From: an uncultured Methanoregulaceae archaeon
GTDB taxonomy: Archaea > Halobacteriota > Methanomicrobia > Methanomicrobiales > Methanospirillaceae
Assembly: GCA_963841015.1 (NCBI GenBank)
Contig: CAWJAX010000002.1
Location: 480,001 to 544,000, forward strand
Reading direction: 5' to 3'
Length of the DNA stretch: 64,000 nucleotides
The position numbers and the translations under genes are program-made. Position 1 is the stretch's first letter, and every line of letters begins with the position of its first letter. The notes under the pieces are model-generated. The model saw only the letters and a program-made list of their open reading frames with translations. It did not search any database and had not been told where the DNA came from. Shown one piece after another: positions 52,097 to 62,243 of this stretch.

Positions 52097-54033
52097 ACAG
52101 GGAGTGCATTGTAAATCCGTTTTTCAAGGAACCGTTTCTCTCCCAGCACAAGTACACCCCGGTCTTCCGGAGTGCGCAGCACTCTCCCCAGTGCCTGGAG
52201 TGAACGATTGATCGCAGGCAGCGTGTAACAGAGAAATTCACCTTCCTCCCCGAACTTGTGCCTGAAATATTCGATCATCATCTTGCGCACACGGTTGAAG
52301 GGGGCAAGTGGCAGCCCGATTACCATTGCACCATTCAGCATTTCACCCCGATAATCAAGGCCTTCACTCCATTTTCCGCCACAGACTGCAAATAAGACCC
52401 CCGACTCACCGTTTGCAGGCAGTGAAAGGAAGGTCGAGAGTGCTGCCCCTGCATCGGCTGCATCCCGTGGCTCGATAAAGACCTTTCTTCCCCGCATATG
52501 GGGGACAGTGAGACCTGCATAAGTATCGAGAATCTGGTAACTTGGAAAATAAATCGCACGGTTCCCTTTCAGTGAACAGAATGCCTGGATGTAATCCCCG
52601 ATCCGTGTATTGTTCTCCCTGTTCTGCCGCATTGAAAATGCGGTCGTTATGTCGTTTGCACAACAGACCAGACGGTTTTCTTTCGGGAACGCGTTGGGCA
52701 GGGTCAGTGTTTTTACCCTGGTGTCTCCGAAGTAATAACGGGCGAAACTGTCAACGGGTGAAAGAGTACCCGAGATAAGGATGCAGCAGGCATGTGCAGC
52801 GCAGATTTCCTGCAGCGGTACAGCTGGATCGATATTGCGCACTTCAAGAGTGATGCCGTCCGCTTCTTTCCGGTATATTGTGAGAAAGGCAGGATCTGTT
52901 GCTGACTGCGAGAGCCGGAATAAAAATTCTGTCAGCCTTTCAATCGCCGTTTCCCGATACTCCGCCGCTTTCAGGTTCTTTTCCCGTATGGACACCGCAA
53001 GCCCTATCAGATCATCAACGATCTCCTCCATGTTCTTATAGAGGGATTCCCGTACTACCATGCGGTCAAAGATGGAAGGATCGAACCAGTCCTCGACCTC
53101 CCCGGAGTTACCCAGCCCACGGATAAATTCAGTGAGCCTGGGCAGGACATGCTGGACCGCATCTGCACCTTTGTGGCGTTTGCGCATACCGGAGAGCTCC
53201 CTTGATGCCTGCTCGAGATCGCGTTCTTCCAGTGTCACGCTCTCGATACTGGTTATAACGTCACCACAGTTGTGCGCCTCATCAATCAGGAGTAAAATGT
53301 CATGGGGTTCCACACCAAGGCTGGCGTAGAGTTGCTCCCGGATGTCCCGGTTAAAAAGATGGTGATAGTTAAGGATGATAACATCGGTATTCCTGGCGGC
53401 GTGCATCATTAACTCGTAGGGGCAGACCTCCCCGCAAAATTCCCGAAGGTCCCGGGGGCTGACCGGGTGGTCTATCACCCTGTCGGCTTTGGTGCGCAGT
53501 GCGGTCGAGGGCACCATCTTGACACCAACGGTATCCCCCTGCACGAACATCTTACTGTTGATATAATAGGGACAGATGAGCGGATGGTCCCTGTCCATGC
53601 GCCGTATTTGCTGGGTAATGAAGGGATCTTTTGAGGGTATGAGTGCCCCTCTCTCCGCCCGATCCCGCATGAGCGATGAAGAAAATGCCTTCACTCCCTC
53701 GCACCTGCGGTATACATCTCCCTCCCCCCCAAGGGGACACATACTTGCCTTCCCTATAAGATACACGGTTTTGAGTTTTGGTTGTTTTTTCTTTACCAGT
53801 TCAAGCTCGCGGATAAAGGTGGTGAGCTGGCTCACCGTGCGCACTGCGATTACAACCTTCCTTCCTTTCCGTTCAGCAAGAAGGGAAGCGACAACACTCG
53901 ACTTTCCACTACCGGTCGGGGCATCGATCAGGGTGATCCCGCCCCCCCGGGCACACTGTGCCGCTACCTCAAGCATGTGGCGCTGGCCCGGGCGATAGTC
54001 CGCATACGGGAAATAGGAGTCGATGGTGTCCAT
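52024..54033 (-). CDS. xpd: XPD/Rad3/DinG-family Fe-S helicase
   Basis: RPGQ, APTGSGKS, Fe-S Cys, DEAHN, SGTL, SEGLDY, QALGRVLR. Confidence 0.92.
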   Translation of the reverse strand: MDTIDSYFPYADYRPGQRHMLEVAAQCARGGGITLIDAPTGSGKSSVVASLLAERKGRKVVIAVRTVSQLTTFIRELELVKKKQPKLKTVYLIGKASMCPLGGEGDVYRRCEGVKAFSSSLMRDRAERGALIPSKDPFITQQIRRMDRDHPLICPYYINSKMFVQGDTVGVKMVPSTALRTKADRVIDHPVSPRDLREFCGEVCPYELMMHAARNTDVIILNYHHLFNRDIREQLYASLGVEPHDILLLIDEAHNCGDVITSIESVTLEERDLEQASRELSGMRKRHKGADAVQHVLPRLTEFIRGLGNSGEVEDWFDPSIFDRMVVRESLYKNMEEIVDDLIGLAVSIREKNLKAAEYRETAIERLTEFLFRLSQSATDPAFLTIYRKEADGITLEVRNIDPAVPLQEICAAHACCILISGTLSPVDSFARYYFGDTRVKTLTLPNAFPKENRLVCCANDITTAFSMRQNRENNTRIGDYIQAFCSLKGNRAIYFPSYQILDTYAGLTVPHMRGRKVFIEPRDAADAGAALSTFLSLPANGESGVLFAVCGGKWSEGLDYRGEMLNGAMVIGLPLAPFNRVRKMMIEYFRHKFGEEGEFLCYTLPAINRSLQALGRVLRTPEDRGVLVLGEKRFLEKRIYNALPVWIQKEMIACDAARFREMILRWKS

Positions 54034-54089
54034 TGACCTATGGTTGGTGCTGAAGGGTTTTATGGGCGTCGGAAGAGTTGCGTCATGTT

Positions 54090-54507
54090 TGGCTTTTTTA
54101 GAATTTCTTGTGCTATGATACGATATACGAAGCACCGGTACGTTGCCGTAGGGGACAGTACCAGTCCCCCCATATCGCTCCTGCGCTTATCGATGATAAT
54201 GTATTATCTGGTGGAGTAAATCGCATGTGAGGGGAGTCCCCTCGGCGGAAAAAAGCCGTTAGCGTTCAGATAGTGATTGAGTCATGAAAATTGAATTATT
54301 CAATAATCGAGATTTTTTTTTCATACTCCTCCATGCACGACGTTCGCCGCCGCCCCGCAAACGGTCGTCCCCGCGGCGGATCTGGAACAAACAATTCAAA
54401 AAAATCCTGCCCGCCATGCCTCGGAGAGGCCCTGAATCTGGGTTCCACTGTATACATTACGATTTTCATGGTTCTGGAGTGAACCACATAGATTCATGTC
54501 TGTTTCA
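54090..54507 (+). repeat. Dispersed intergenic repeat, most complete composite copy (A-linker-B, ~420 bp)
   Basis: GGGGACAGTACCAGTCCCCC...CTGCGCTTATCGATGATAATGTATTA...ATGAAAATTGAATTATTCA...CCGCCGC...GCGGCGGATC...GTATACATTACGATTTTCATGGTTC...ATGTCTGTTTC. Confidence 0.8.
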
Positions 54508-54690
54508 ACAGTGACTCATCCTTTTAAAAAGTCACATCAGACAGATTTTTCAGGGTACCGCCTCTCAGTAAAAAATTTCAGGAGGATTCAGAATTATTCC
54601 GAAACATTCAATCGATCCGCAAGCCCAGCAGAGATTACCGAATATGCACCGCAGTCCATGGGTGCGTATGCGACCAAGGAGATTCAACAT

Positions 54691-55273
54691 ATGATCGACA
54701 AGCTGCTCAAGGGAAATGAAACGTTCCGAAACACGACATTTAAGGATCACAAGGAGCTGTACAGCGAACTGGTAAAAGGCCAGCAGCCCCCGGTCCTCTG
54801 GATCGGATGCTCTGATTCCCGGCTCCAGACCGGGCACATCACCGGTACGCAGGCAGGCACCCTGTTCATGCACCGCAACATCGGGAATATGGCTCCGGCA
54901 AATGACTGGAGCCTTGCAACGGTCCTCGAGTATGGGATCAAGCACCTGAAAGTGCAGCATATCGTTATCTGCGGCCATTCCGATTGTGGTGCCATGAAGG
55001 CACTTGACAAGGAGCTGGAAGATTTCTATGTTCCCAACTGGCTCAATAACGCGATTGAGGCAAAAAAGCGTGTGGACGCCCGGATCAAAAAACCTTCAAC
55101 TCCGCATGAGCAGAAGGAACGATCACGGATGATCGAGCAGGAGAATGTCCGGCTCCAGATAGAACACCTGAGTACCTATCCGATTGTTGCAAAAGCGGAA
55201 AAGGAAAAGAAGATTCAGATCCACGGCATGTATTACGATCTTGAGAACCGGTGCCCTGACAAAAATTGTGTGA
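54691..55273 (+). CDS. Beta-class carbonic anhydrase (frameshift ~55246 near C-terminus)
   Basis: WIGCSDSR, HRNIGN, CGHSDCGAM; AAGGAG RBS before ATG 54691; corrected end YDLETGALTKIV*. Confidence 0.93.
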
Positions 55274-55612
55274 CTATAATTCTTTTTCAATTTCCTTTTT
55301 TATCCGGTCCAGTGATATCCGCCCGATTCGGGTAACGCGTCCGTTCACAAGGATTATGGGGAGTGGGGGAAAATCGGTTTCAATTATTTTCTGAAGGTAG
55401 TCGGGGGCACCATTATCGATGAGAGTGAGTTTTAGTTGAACGCGATCACCATATTCCCTGGTGAGGACGTTCTTCAATTCGTCAAATGCTGCAACGAGAT
55501 TTCCCGTAGGGGAGCATCCCGAGAGCCCGCAGGTGCGGTTCTCATCACAGGGAAAGGGACTACATTCAGCGTTTTTCAGGCCGACAATTTCAACCAGTAC
55601 GATACCTGTCAT
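55274..55612 (-). CDS. Cys-rich thioredoxin-fold-like small protein
   Basis: CSPFPC...TCGLSGC and LPIILVNG cis-Pro-like motif. Confidence 0.65.
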   Translation of the reverse strand: MTGIVLVEIVGLKNAECSPFPCDENRTCGLSGCSPTGNLVAAFDELKNVLTREYGDRVQLKLTLIDNGAPDYLQKIIETDFPPLPIILVNGRVTRIGRISLDRIKKEIEKEL

Positions 55613-55724
55613 GGCTGTACCTGTTGGTTGAAACCGCTATATGAGAGTTCGTCATTGAGCACTCGATCAGAGCAGGAATAGAGAAATGGATGGCATGAAA
55701 ATTTTTTTTAAAAAAAACTTGAAC

Positions 55725-55900
55725 ACTCACAGGACTTCACCCATGACGCTGTGACTTCCCCGAATGAGATAATCCCAGAACAGGTACTACGCCATCATCG
55801 CTCAGCGCAGGGGCGTCTGGGGGGACAGGCACTGTCCTCTCCTTCTTCTTACCCGTTCTTTGTATTTCATATGTCGATGGAAATAATTCTCCAGAGCCCT
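55725..55900 (-). repeat. Dispersed intergenic repeat, module A
   Basis: Reverse complement GGACAGTGCCTGTCCCCCCAGACGCCCCTGCGCTGAGCGATGATGGCGTAGTACCTGTTCTGGGATTATC. Confidence 0.8.
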
Positions 55901-55950
55901 TATTTTATCTTCTGATAAAAGGAATTCTCCCGAATAAAAATGAACATATA

Positions 55951-56466
55951 TCAGATAAAGCGTTCGAACCGCTCTTTTTTGACTTTGCAGATGGGGCAGA
56001 TTCCCGGAGGCTGTTCGCGGGCGCAGAGATACCCGCAGACAGTACAACGCCAGACCGGTATTGACAGGGCTGGAACAGGGCCTGTTGAAAGTGGAGGCAC
56101 AGCGTTCTTTTTACCGCGGTCGGATCGTGGGGGACGACGCTCAGGAACCGGGTCTGCGTGTGTTTTTCCTCCTGAGATATCTTCGTTGACGTAGAGTGCA
56201 CAGTAACAGGCACCAAAATCATCGATATCAGGATCCCGGTAGTTGCAGGGGCAGATTATATCAAGGTCTTCTTCCTTTTTTCCCGAGGCGAGACGGCACG
56301 GGCAGGCACGGTACCCATAACGCTGCTCATTTTTCAGGAGTCCCCGTACAAGATTTTTTGTGAAACCAACATCGGGGTTCAGAAAATATCCCCCGCTCTC
56401 TGCCTCTTTTTTAATAGTCAGATAAACCCGGTCGACCTCTTTTTCATCAGAACCCGGTGCGGTCAT
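55951..56466 (-). CDS. Ferredoxin:thioredoxin reductase catalytic domain fused to rubredoxin (ferredoxin:disulfide reductase type)
   Basis: CPC...ICPC...CYC FTR motifs; C-terminal WRCTVCGY...CPIC. Confidence 0.92.
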   Translation of the reverse strand: MTAPGSDEKEVDRVYLTIKKEAESGGYFLNPDVGFTKNLVRGLLKNEQRYGYRACPCRLASGKKEEDLDIICPCNYRDPDIDDFGACYCALYVNEDISGGKTHADPVPERRPPRSDRGKKNAVPPLSTGPVPALSIPVWRCTVCGYLCAREQPPGICPICKVKKERFERFI

Positions 56467-56744
56467 ATTTTCAAAGCCTCCCGGATCTCTTCTTCGCGGA
56501 ATCCAACAATACCAATGGTATCTCTGATTACCAGCGTCGGGAACGATCCTTTCGGGTTCCATTTCTCCACCTCATTCATGGCATCATCCTGCTCTTTTCC
56601 CTCGAGGAGATCAACAAAGGTATAGTCAAAATCTACTCCCAGTGTCCGTAACAGTTCTTTTGTCCTGGCACACCACCCGCAGGTACTCAGGGCATACAAC
56701 ATAACTTTACCCATCTTTTTCCCGTTCACATGTTCGACAACCAT
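56463..56744 (-). CDS. Glutaredoxin-like protein (methanoredoxin-like)
   Basis: LSTCGWC, SFPTLVI, IVGF; overlaps the start of the reductase. Confidence 0.9.
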   Translation of the reverse strand: MVVEHVNGKKMGKVMLYALSTCGWCARTKELLRTLGVDFDYTFVDLLEGKEQDDAMNEVEKWNPKGSFPTLVIRDTIGIVGFREEEIREALKI

Positions 56745-56844
56745 AAAAAACATCCGCTATTCTGTGCATGGAGATTGCTGTAAATACTATTTAAAAATGG
56801 GGTTGCGATACGGAACGGTATCCGGGAGGCAATATTTGTCAAAA

Positions 56845-57090
56845 GACCCCAAGAGCGTTAAGTGAGTTTTCTGATAATTTCCCATGAAAATCGCAGTATT
56901 CAGTTTTGATGGTGGAACTGTTACCAATCTATTCATCGGATAGGATGAATGCCGCGTTCTCTGCGGTGGATCGTGGATGCTTCCAAAACTCACTGTCCCC
57001 CGTGCTCTGAGAGGCCCTGAAGCTGGGTCTTTCGTATAAAATGCGATTTTCAAGGATCCTCTGCGAACTGAATCAATTCATGACTGTTTC
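56845..57090 (+). repeat. Dispersed intergenic repeat, degenerate linker-B copy
   Basis: CATGAAAATCGCAGTATTCAG...CTGCGGTGGATC...GAGAGGCCCTGA...CGTATAAAATGCGATTTTCAAGG...ATGACTGTTTC. Confidence 0.65.
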
Positions 57091-57173
57091 TTCAGATCCG
57101 TATGTTCAGCTTCCAAATGAAATGAAAAAAGACTTAACTGGTATAAGCACGTGAAAAAGGATGAAGAATCATA

Positions 57174-57671
57174 TCAGCGATTCTTCATCATCACCGTGAT
57201 ATCTTCAAGGAGTGCCTGTAAATCTTCCTCGTGCTCGACTTCCATCTGGAGAATCCCAAGAATAATGTTATAGGTGACCGGGTCTTTATCACGAGTCTTT
57301 TTTAAGAGGCTGTTGTAGCTCTTTATGGCGCATTGTTCGCCTTTGATATTCTGTTCGAGCACCTTTATCACATAAGGGTCATCCGGTGCATCGTACCCGC
57401 AGTTGGTGAGTTTGTACCAATCCTGCGGTTTTGTGACCGGTGTCCCGCCCAGCTGGATAATCCGCGTGGTGAGCAGGACTGCATGCCCGAGTTCCTCGGT
57501 TGCATGGAGTGTGAGCTCGGCAATGACTGCCTCCTTGTTGGGTCCGCGGACAATCTTGGATCCAATCCAGTACTGGTAGTACGCGAGCCATTCATCAGAA
57601 AATGCCTTGTTGAGGAGCTTTACCAGATCCTCAACATTGGTATCAACAATCTTTCTCCCTAATGTTCCCAT
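57174..57671 (-). CDS. DPS-like (DPSL)/ferritin-family protein
   Basis: LNKAFSDEWLAYYQYW, EE..HA, RIIQLGGTP, GEQCAI..Y, DPVTY, EVEHE. Confidence 0.9.
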   Translation of the reverse strand: MGTLGRKIVDTNVEDLVKLLNKAFSDEWLAYYQYWIGSKIVRGPNKEAVIAELTLHATEELGHAVLLTTRIIQLGGTPVTKPQDWYKLTNCGYDAPDDPYVIKVLEQNIKGEQCAIKSYNSLLKKTRDKDPVTYNIILGILQMEVEHEEDLQALLEDITVMMKNR

Positions 57672-57886
57672 GGTTTTCACCCTCAAGTGAGTCTTAGAGA
57701 CAGTTGAATATCGATAGTTATCCTTTTTATGCATATCCGTCCGGTGCTTTTTTGGACTCCGTCGCGTACTGCTCCAGGTTCCCGAATCCGTTATGAGAAC
57801 AGTGGAATGTCCGACAGTCCGTGTACCAAAATAAAAGGCATTGCACTATCGTTAAGAACTATTCAGGCACACTATATTGGGAAATC

Positions 57887-58939
57887 ATGAAAGCGGTTCT
57901 GGGTCTGGAAGACGGGGATTATGTGATCGGGGAAGGTTTTGGTATTGAAGGTGAGTGTTCCGGCGAACTCGTCTTTAATACACTTATGAGCGGGTATATG
58001 GAAGCGCTCAGCGATCCCAGTTATTATGGTCAGATTTTGATGTTTACGTTCCCGCTGATCGGGAATTACGGTGCTGATACGCAGAATATGCAGAGTACCA
58101 ATGTCAAGGCTTTCGGGGCAGTCTGTCGTGAGATCTGTGAGAAACCCGATGTAAAACCCACAATACGCACGTATTTTGAACAGAACGGACTTTTGGGCAT
58201 GTGTGGTGTGGATACCCGGATGCTTACCATCAAAACGAGGGTTAAGGGTACATTACGGGCGGCTCTTGTTGTCGGAGATGACAATTTCGAATACGCAGTC
58301 GAACTTGCAAAAAAGACCGCCCCCATATCAGACTATGATCTTATCCCCTCCGTTTCCTGCAAAACCCCATACCGCATTCCGGGAACCGGAAAGAAAATTG
58401 CCATTATTGATCTTGGCCTCAAGAACAATATGCTCTCAAGTCTTTCTGCCAGGAATGGTGATCTGTATGTATTCCCCTACAACACACCACCGGAAGATAT
58501 TTTCCGTGTTGAACCGGATTGTCTTTTCATCACCAATGGTCCCGGGGATCCAAAGACCGCCCGCCCGACTATTGCTACTGTGAAAAAATGCATAGGTGAA
58601 CTTCCCATCTTTGGCATATGCATGGGCAACCAGATTACCGCCATTGCTCTTGGAGGAGATACCTACAAACTCAAATTTGGTCACCGTGGCTCAAACCAGC
58701 CGGTCCGGTATAAGGACGGCAGAATTTTTATTACGACCCAGAACCATGGCTTTGCCGTCGATGGAGATTCGCTTCCTGAAGGTTCAAAGGTCACGTTCAC
58801 CAATGCAAATGACAAAACCGTAGAGGGTTTTGAGAGCGAAGATCTGAATATTTCGTGTGTTCAGTTTCATCCGGAAGCACACGCAGGCCCGCGTGATACG
58901 GAATGCCATTATTTTGATGGTCTTTTCAGGAGGCTTTAA
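57887..58939 (+). CDS. carA: Carbamoyl-phosphate synthase small subunit
   Basis: GELVFNT.MSGY, NGPGDP, GICMG, TTQNHG, QFHPEA. Confidence 0.97.
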   Translation: MKAVLGLEDGDYVIGEGFGIEGECSGELVFNTLMSGYMEALSDPSYYGQILMFTFPLIGNYGADTQNMQSTNVKAFGAVCREICEKPDVKPTIRTYFEQNGLLGMCGVDTRMLTIKTRVKGTLRAALVVGDDNFEYAVELAKKTAPISDYDLIPSVSCKTPYRIPGTGKKIAIIDLGLKNNMLSSLSARNGDLYVFPYNTPPEDIFRVEPDCLFITNGPGDPKTARPTIATVKKCIGELPIFGICMGNQITAIALGGDTYKLKFGHRGSNQPVRYKDGRIFITTQNHGFAVDGDSLPEGSKVTFTNANDKTVEGFESEDLNISCVQFHPEAHAGPRDTECHYFDGLFRRL

Positions 58940-58941
58940 AA

Positions 58942-61900
58942 ATGCCCAAACGGCCAAATATCAAAAAGGTCCTGATCATCGGGTCCGGACCGATCCAGAT
59001 TGGGCAGGCAGCAGAATTTGACTTTTCGGGAAGCCAGGCATGTCGTGCCATGCGCGAGGAGGGTGTATCGGTGGTTTTGGTGAATTCCAATCCGGCCACC
59101 ATCCAGACCGACCCGGATATGGCAGACATCATTTATATCGAGCCCCTGCGGGCTGATGTTATCGCTAAGATCATCGAAAAAGAGAAGCCCGATGGTGTTC
59201 TCTCCGGCATGGGGGGGCAGACCGGGCTCAACCTGACTGCTGAGCTGGCTGAGATGGGTGCATTGAAAAATGTCGAAATCCTGGGCACACCTCTTGAAGC
59301 AATTTACCGTGGGGAGGATCGCGAAAAATTCCGGAATCTCATGATGCAGATCGGGGAACCGGTTCCAAAAAGTGTGATCCTGACTTCACTGAACCAGGTT
59401 GATGAGGCAATTAACACCGTAGGACTGCCTGCAGTTGTGCGTCCGGCATATACTATGGGAGGGGCCGGTGGTGGTATCGGGAAAACCAAAGAGGAATTGA
59501 TCCGGATTATTGAACTTGGACTCTCCCGATCACGTATCCACCAGGTGCTTGTCGAACAGAGCGTATTGGGCTGGAAAGAGATCGAATTTGAAGTCATGCG
59601 GGATTCTGCGGACACCTGTATTATCATCTGTGGTATGGAAAACATCGACCCTATGGGGATCCATACCGGTGAGAGTGTGGTCGTTGCCCCGATCCTTACC
59701 CTCCGCGATGATGAGTTCCAGATGATGCGGAGTGCAGCGATTAAGATTATCCGTGCCCTTGATGTTCAGGGAGGGTGCAATATCCAGTTTGCCTTTAATA
59801 ACGGGGACTACCATGTTATTGAGGTAAATCCCCGTGTTTCGCGGTCATCGGCACTCGCATCAAAAGCCACAGGGTATCCTATTGCGCGTGTTGCGGCAAA
59901 AATTGCGATAGGGCTGCGTCTCGATGAGATTACCAACACCGTGACCGGTTGCACCCCTGCATCTTTCGAACCCACAATTGATTACATTGTTGCCAAAGTA
60001 CCCCGCTGGCCGTTTGACAAGTTCAAGGGAGCGGACCGGACGCTTTCCACCTCCATGAAGAGCACGGGAGAAGTCATGGCAATCGGGCGGACGATTGAAG
60101 AAGCTCTCATGAAGGCAAAACGCTCGATTGACACGGATGTCATACCTCACACGAGCCACAGCGAGATCCGTATGATCCTCTCCCGCCCTACCGATGAGCG
60201 TTTCCACTGCCTTTTTGATGCATTCCGTGAGGGTTTCTTGATCGATGAGATTGTACAACTCACCTCAATTACCCCGTTCTTTTTGGAGAAGATCAAAAAT
60301 ATTGTCGAGATGGAAAAGCACCTTTTGACGCATCATGAACTCCAGGATATTCTCGCGGCAAAACGATACGGGTTTTCAAATGCGGACATAATGAAGATCA
60401 CCGGGCTTTCCCTTGAACGGGTTGAAGAGATGGCCGGTCTTCCCACGTACAAGATGGTGGATACCTGTGCAGCGGAATTTCCCGCAAATACTCCGTATTT
60501 CTACTCCACGTTTGAGCAGAGCTGTGAAATTATCCCGACAGATACAAAGAAAATACTGATCCTTGGTTCCGGTCCGATACGCATCGGTCAGGGTATTGAG
60601 TTCGATTACTGCACCGTCCATGCAGTCCAGGCACTGCGGGATGAAGGTATTGAAGTCCACATCGTCAACAACAATCCTGAAACAGTATCCACCGACTTTG
60701 ACACCTCAGACAGGCTCTTTTTTGAACCTATGCAGCTTGAGGATGTTGTCAACATCTTACGGAAAGATTATTATCACGGCGTGATGGTGCAGTTTGGCGG
60801 ACAAAATGCCGTAAATCTTGCGGTACCTATTGAGGGGGAGATCAAACGGCTGGGTCTTAAAACCAGAATTCTTGGCACGAGTCCGGATGCCATGGACATT
60901 GCAGAGGATCGTGACCGGTTCAGTGTCCTCCTGCAGAAACTCAACATTCCCAGCCCGGCAAACAGTTCAGCGTATTCTGAAGGGGATGCCAGGGCAATAG
61001 CAGATAAGATCGGGTATCCGGTGCTTGTCAGGCCATCGTATGTTCTCGGGGGCAGGGCGATGGAGATTGTTCACGATGAGCGCGAACTCGAAACCTATAT
61101 GAAAGAGGCGGTCCGTGTCAGTAAGAACCACCCGGTACTCATCGATTCCTATCTCCAGAATGCCATCGAACTCGATGTAGATGCAGTCTGCGACGGCCAG
61201 GAAGTCCTTATTGGAGGTATAATGGAGCATATAGAACAGGCGGGCATTCATTCAGGAGATTCTGCCTGCGTTATACCCACCCAGTCTCTTTCCCCGGCAG
61301 TATTGGACACGATACGGGATTATACCCGGAAGATCGCACTCGGGCTTGGGGTCGTCGGACTGGTCAACCTCCAGCTTGCGGTCAAGGATAATGTGGTCTA
61401 CGTCCTTGAAGCAAATCCCCGTGCGAGCCGGACCGTGCCGTTTGTCTCAAAAGCCACTGGGATCCCTGTTGCCAAAATCGCAGCGAAGGTTATGGTCGGA
61501 AGGAAATTAAACGATCTTGGCTATAAAGAGCGCGTGCTTGAACACGTCGCAGTCAAAGAGGTTCTGCTTCCCTTTAATAAGCTCTCCGGTGTCGATACCA
61601 TGCTCGGTCCCGAAATGAAAAGCACCGGTGAAGTGATGGGGATAGACTATGATTTCGGGCTTGCCTTTTACAAAGCATGCATTTCGGCGGATAATGAACT
61701 CCCGCTCAAGGGCAATATCTTCATCTCGGTCAATATCGAGCAGAAAGATGAGGTTATTCCGATAGCACGGCAGCTGCGCGATCTCGGGCTCATATTATAC
61801 GGTACTGAAGGGACCGTTGATTACCTGTATGAAGCGGGTATTGAAGCACACCTGGTGAGAAAATTACAGGAAGGGTCTCCCAATGTTCTCGATATGATGC

Positions 61901-62103
61901 GACATGGAGAGATCCGCCTCATCATCAACACCCCTCAGGACAGGCAATCCCGGCAGGACCATTACCAGATCATGCGTGCGGCAGTAGATTTCGGGATCCC
62001 GTATATTACGACGCTCCAGGCAGCGCGTGCGGCAGCACTTGCCATTGATGCCATCAAGCGTGAGAAGGTCACCCTGGAACCGCTTGGACATTATCTGAAG
62101 TGA
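58942..62103 (+). CDS. carB: Carbamoyl-phosphate synthase large subunit
   Basis: GSGPIQIGQAAEFDFSG, duplicated ATP-grasp domains, MGS-like C-terminus. Confidence 0.98.
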   Translation: MPKRPNIKKVLIIGSGPIQIGQAAEFDFSGSQACRAMREEGVSVVLVNSNPATIQTDPDMADIIYIEPLRADVIAKIIEKEKPDGVLSGMGGQTGLNLTAELAEMGALKNVEILGTPLEAIYRGEDREKFRNLMMQIGEPVPKSVILTSLNQVDEAINTVGLPAVVRPAYTMGGAGGGIGKTKEELIRIIELGLSRSRIHQVLVEQSVLGWKEIEFEVMRDSADTCIIICGMENIDPMGIHTGESVVVAPILTLRDDEFQMMRSAAIKIIRALDVQGGCNIQFAFNNGDYHVIEVNPRVSRSSALASKATGYPIARVAAKIAIGLRLDEITNTVTGCTPASFEPTIDYIVAKVPRWPFDKFKGADRTLSTSMKSTGEVMAIGRTIEEALMKAKRSIDTDVIPHTSHSEIRMILSRPTDERFHCLFDAFREGFLIDEIVQLTSITPFFLEKIKNIVEMEKHLLTHHELQDILAAKRYGFSNADIMKITGLSLERVEEMAGLPTYKMVDTCAAEFPANTPYFYSTFEQSCEIIPTDTKKILILGSGPIRIGQGIEFDYCTVHAVQALRDEGIEVHIVNNNPETVSTDFDTSDRLFFEPMQLEDVVNILRKDYYHGVMVQFGGQNAVNLAVPIEGEIKRLGLKTRILGTSPDAMDIAEDRDRFSVLLQKLNIPSPANSSAYSEGDARAIADKIGYPVLVRPSYVLGGRAMEIVHDERELETYMKEAVRVSKNHPVLIDSYLQNAIELDVDAVCDGQEVLIGGIMEHIEQAGIHSGDSACVIPTQSLSPAVLDTIRDYTRKIALGLGVVGLVNLQLAVKDNVVYVLEANPRASRTVPFVSKATGIPVAKIAAKVMVGRKLNDLGYKERVLEHVAVKEVLLPFNKLSGVDTMLGPEMKSTGEVMGIDYDFGLAFYKACISADNELPLKGNIFISVNIEQKDEVIPIARQLRDLGLILYGTEGTVDYLYEAGIEAHLVRKLQEGSPNVLDMMRHGEIRLIINTPQDRQSRQDHYQIMRAAVDFGIPYITTLQAARAAALAIDAIKREKVTLEPLGHYLK

Positions 62104-62243
62104 ATGTGCAAAAAATCACCCGCTTTTTTCATTTTTTTGTATACCTGTTAAACATGGATTCTTACAATACATTCCATGAAAATGCGGTGTATAGTACAAA
62201 TTAATTGAATATCCTTATATACCGAAATAACAAAAAAAGATGC

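Noticed and set aside
54496-54690. N-terminal extensions of carbonic anhydrase (and of hxlB, xpd, carA, the FTR fusion and DPSL) in the ORF track
   Set aside because: Upstream in-frame starts run into intergenic, repeat or neighbouring-gene sequence; downstream ATGs match the family N-termini.
25050-57090. CRISPR array
   Set aside because: Repeats are long, dispersed and degenerate, with no repeat-spacer periodicity and no cas genes.
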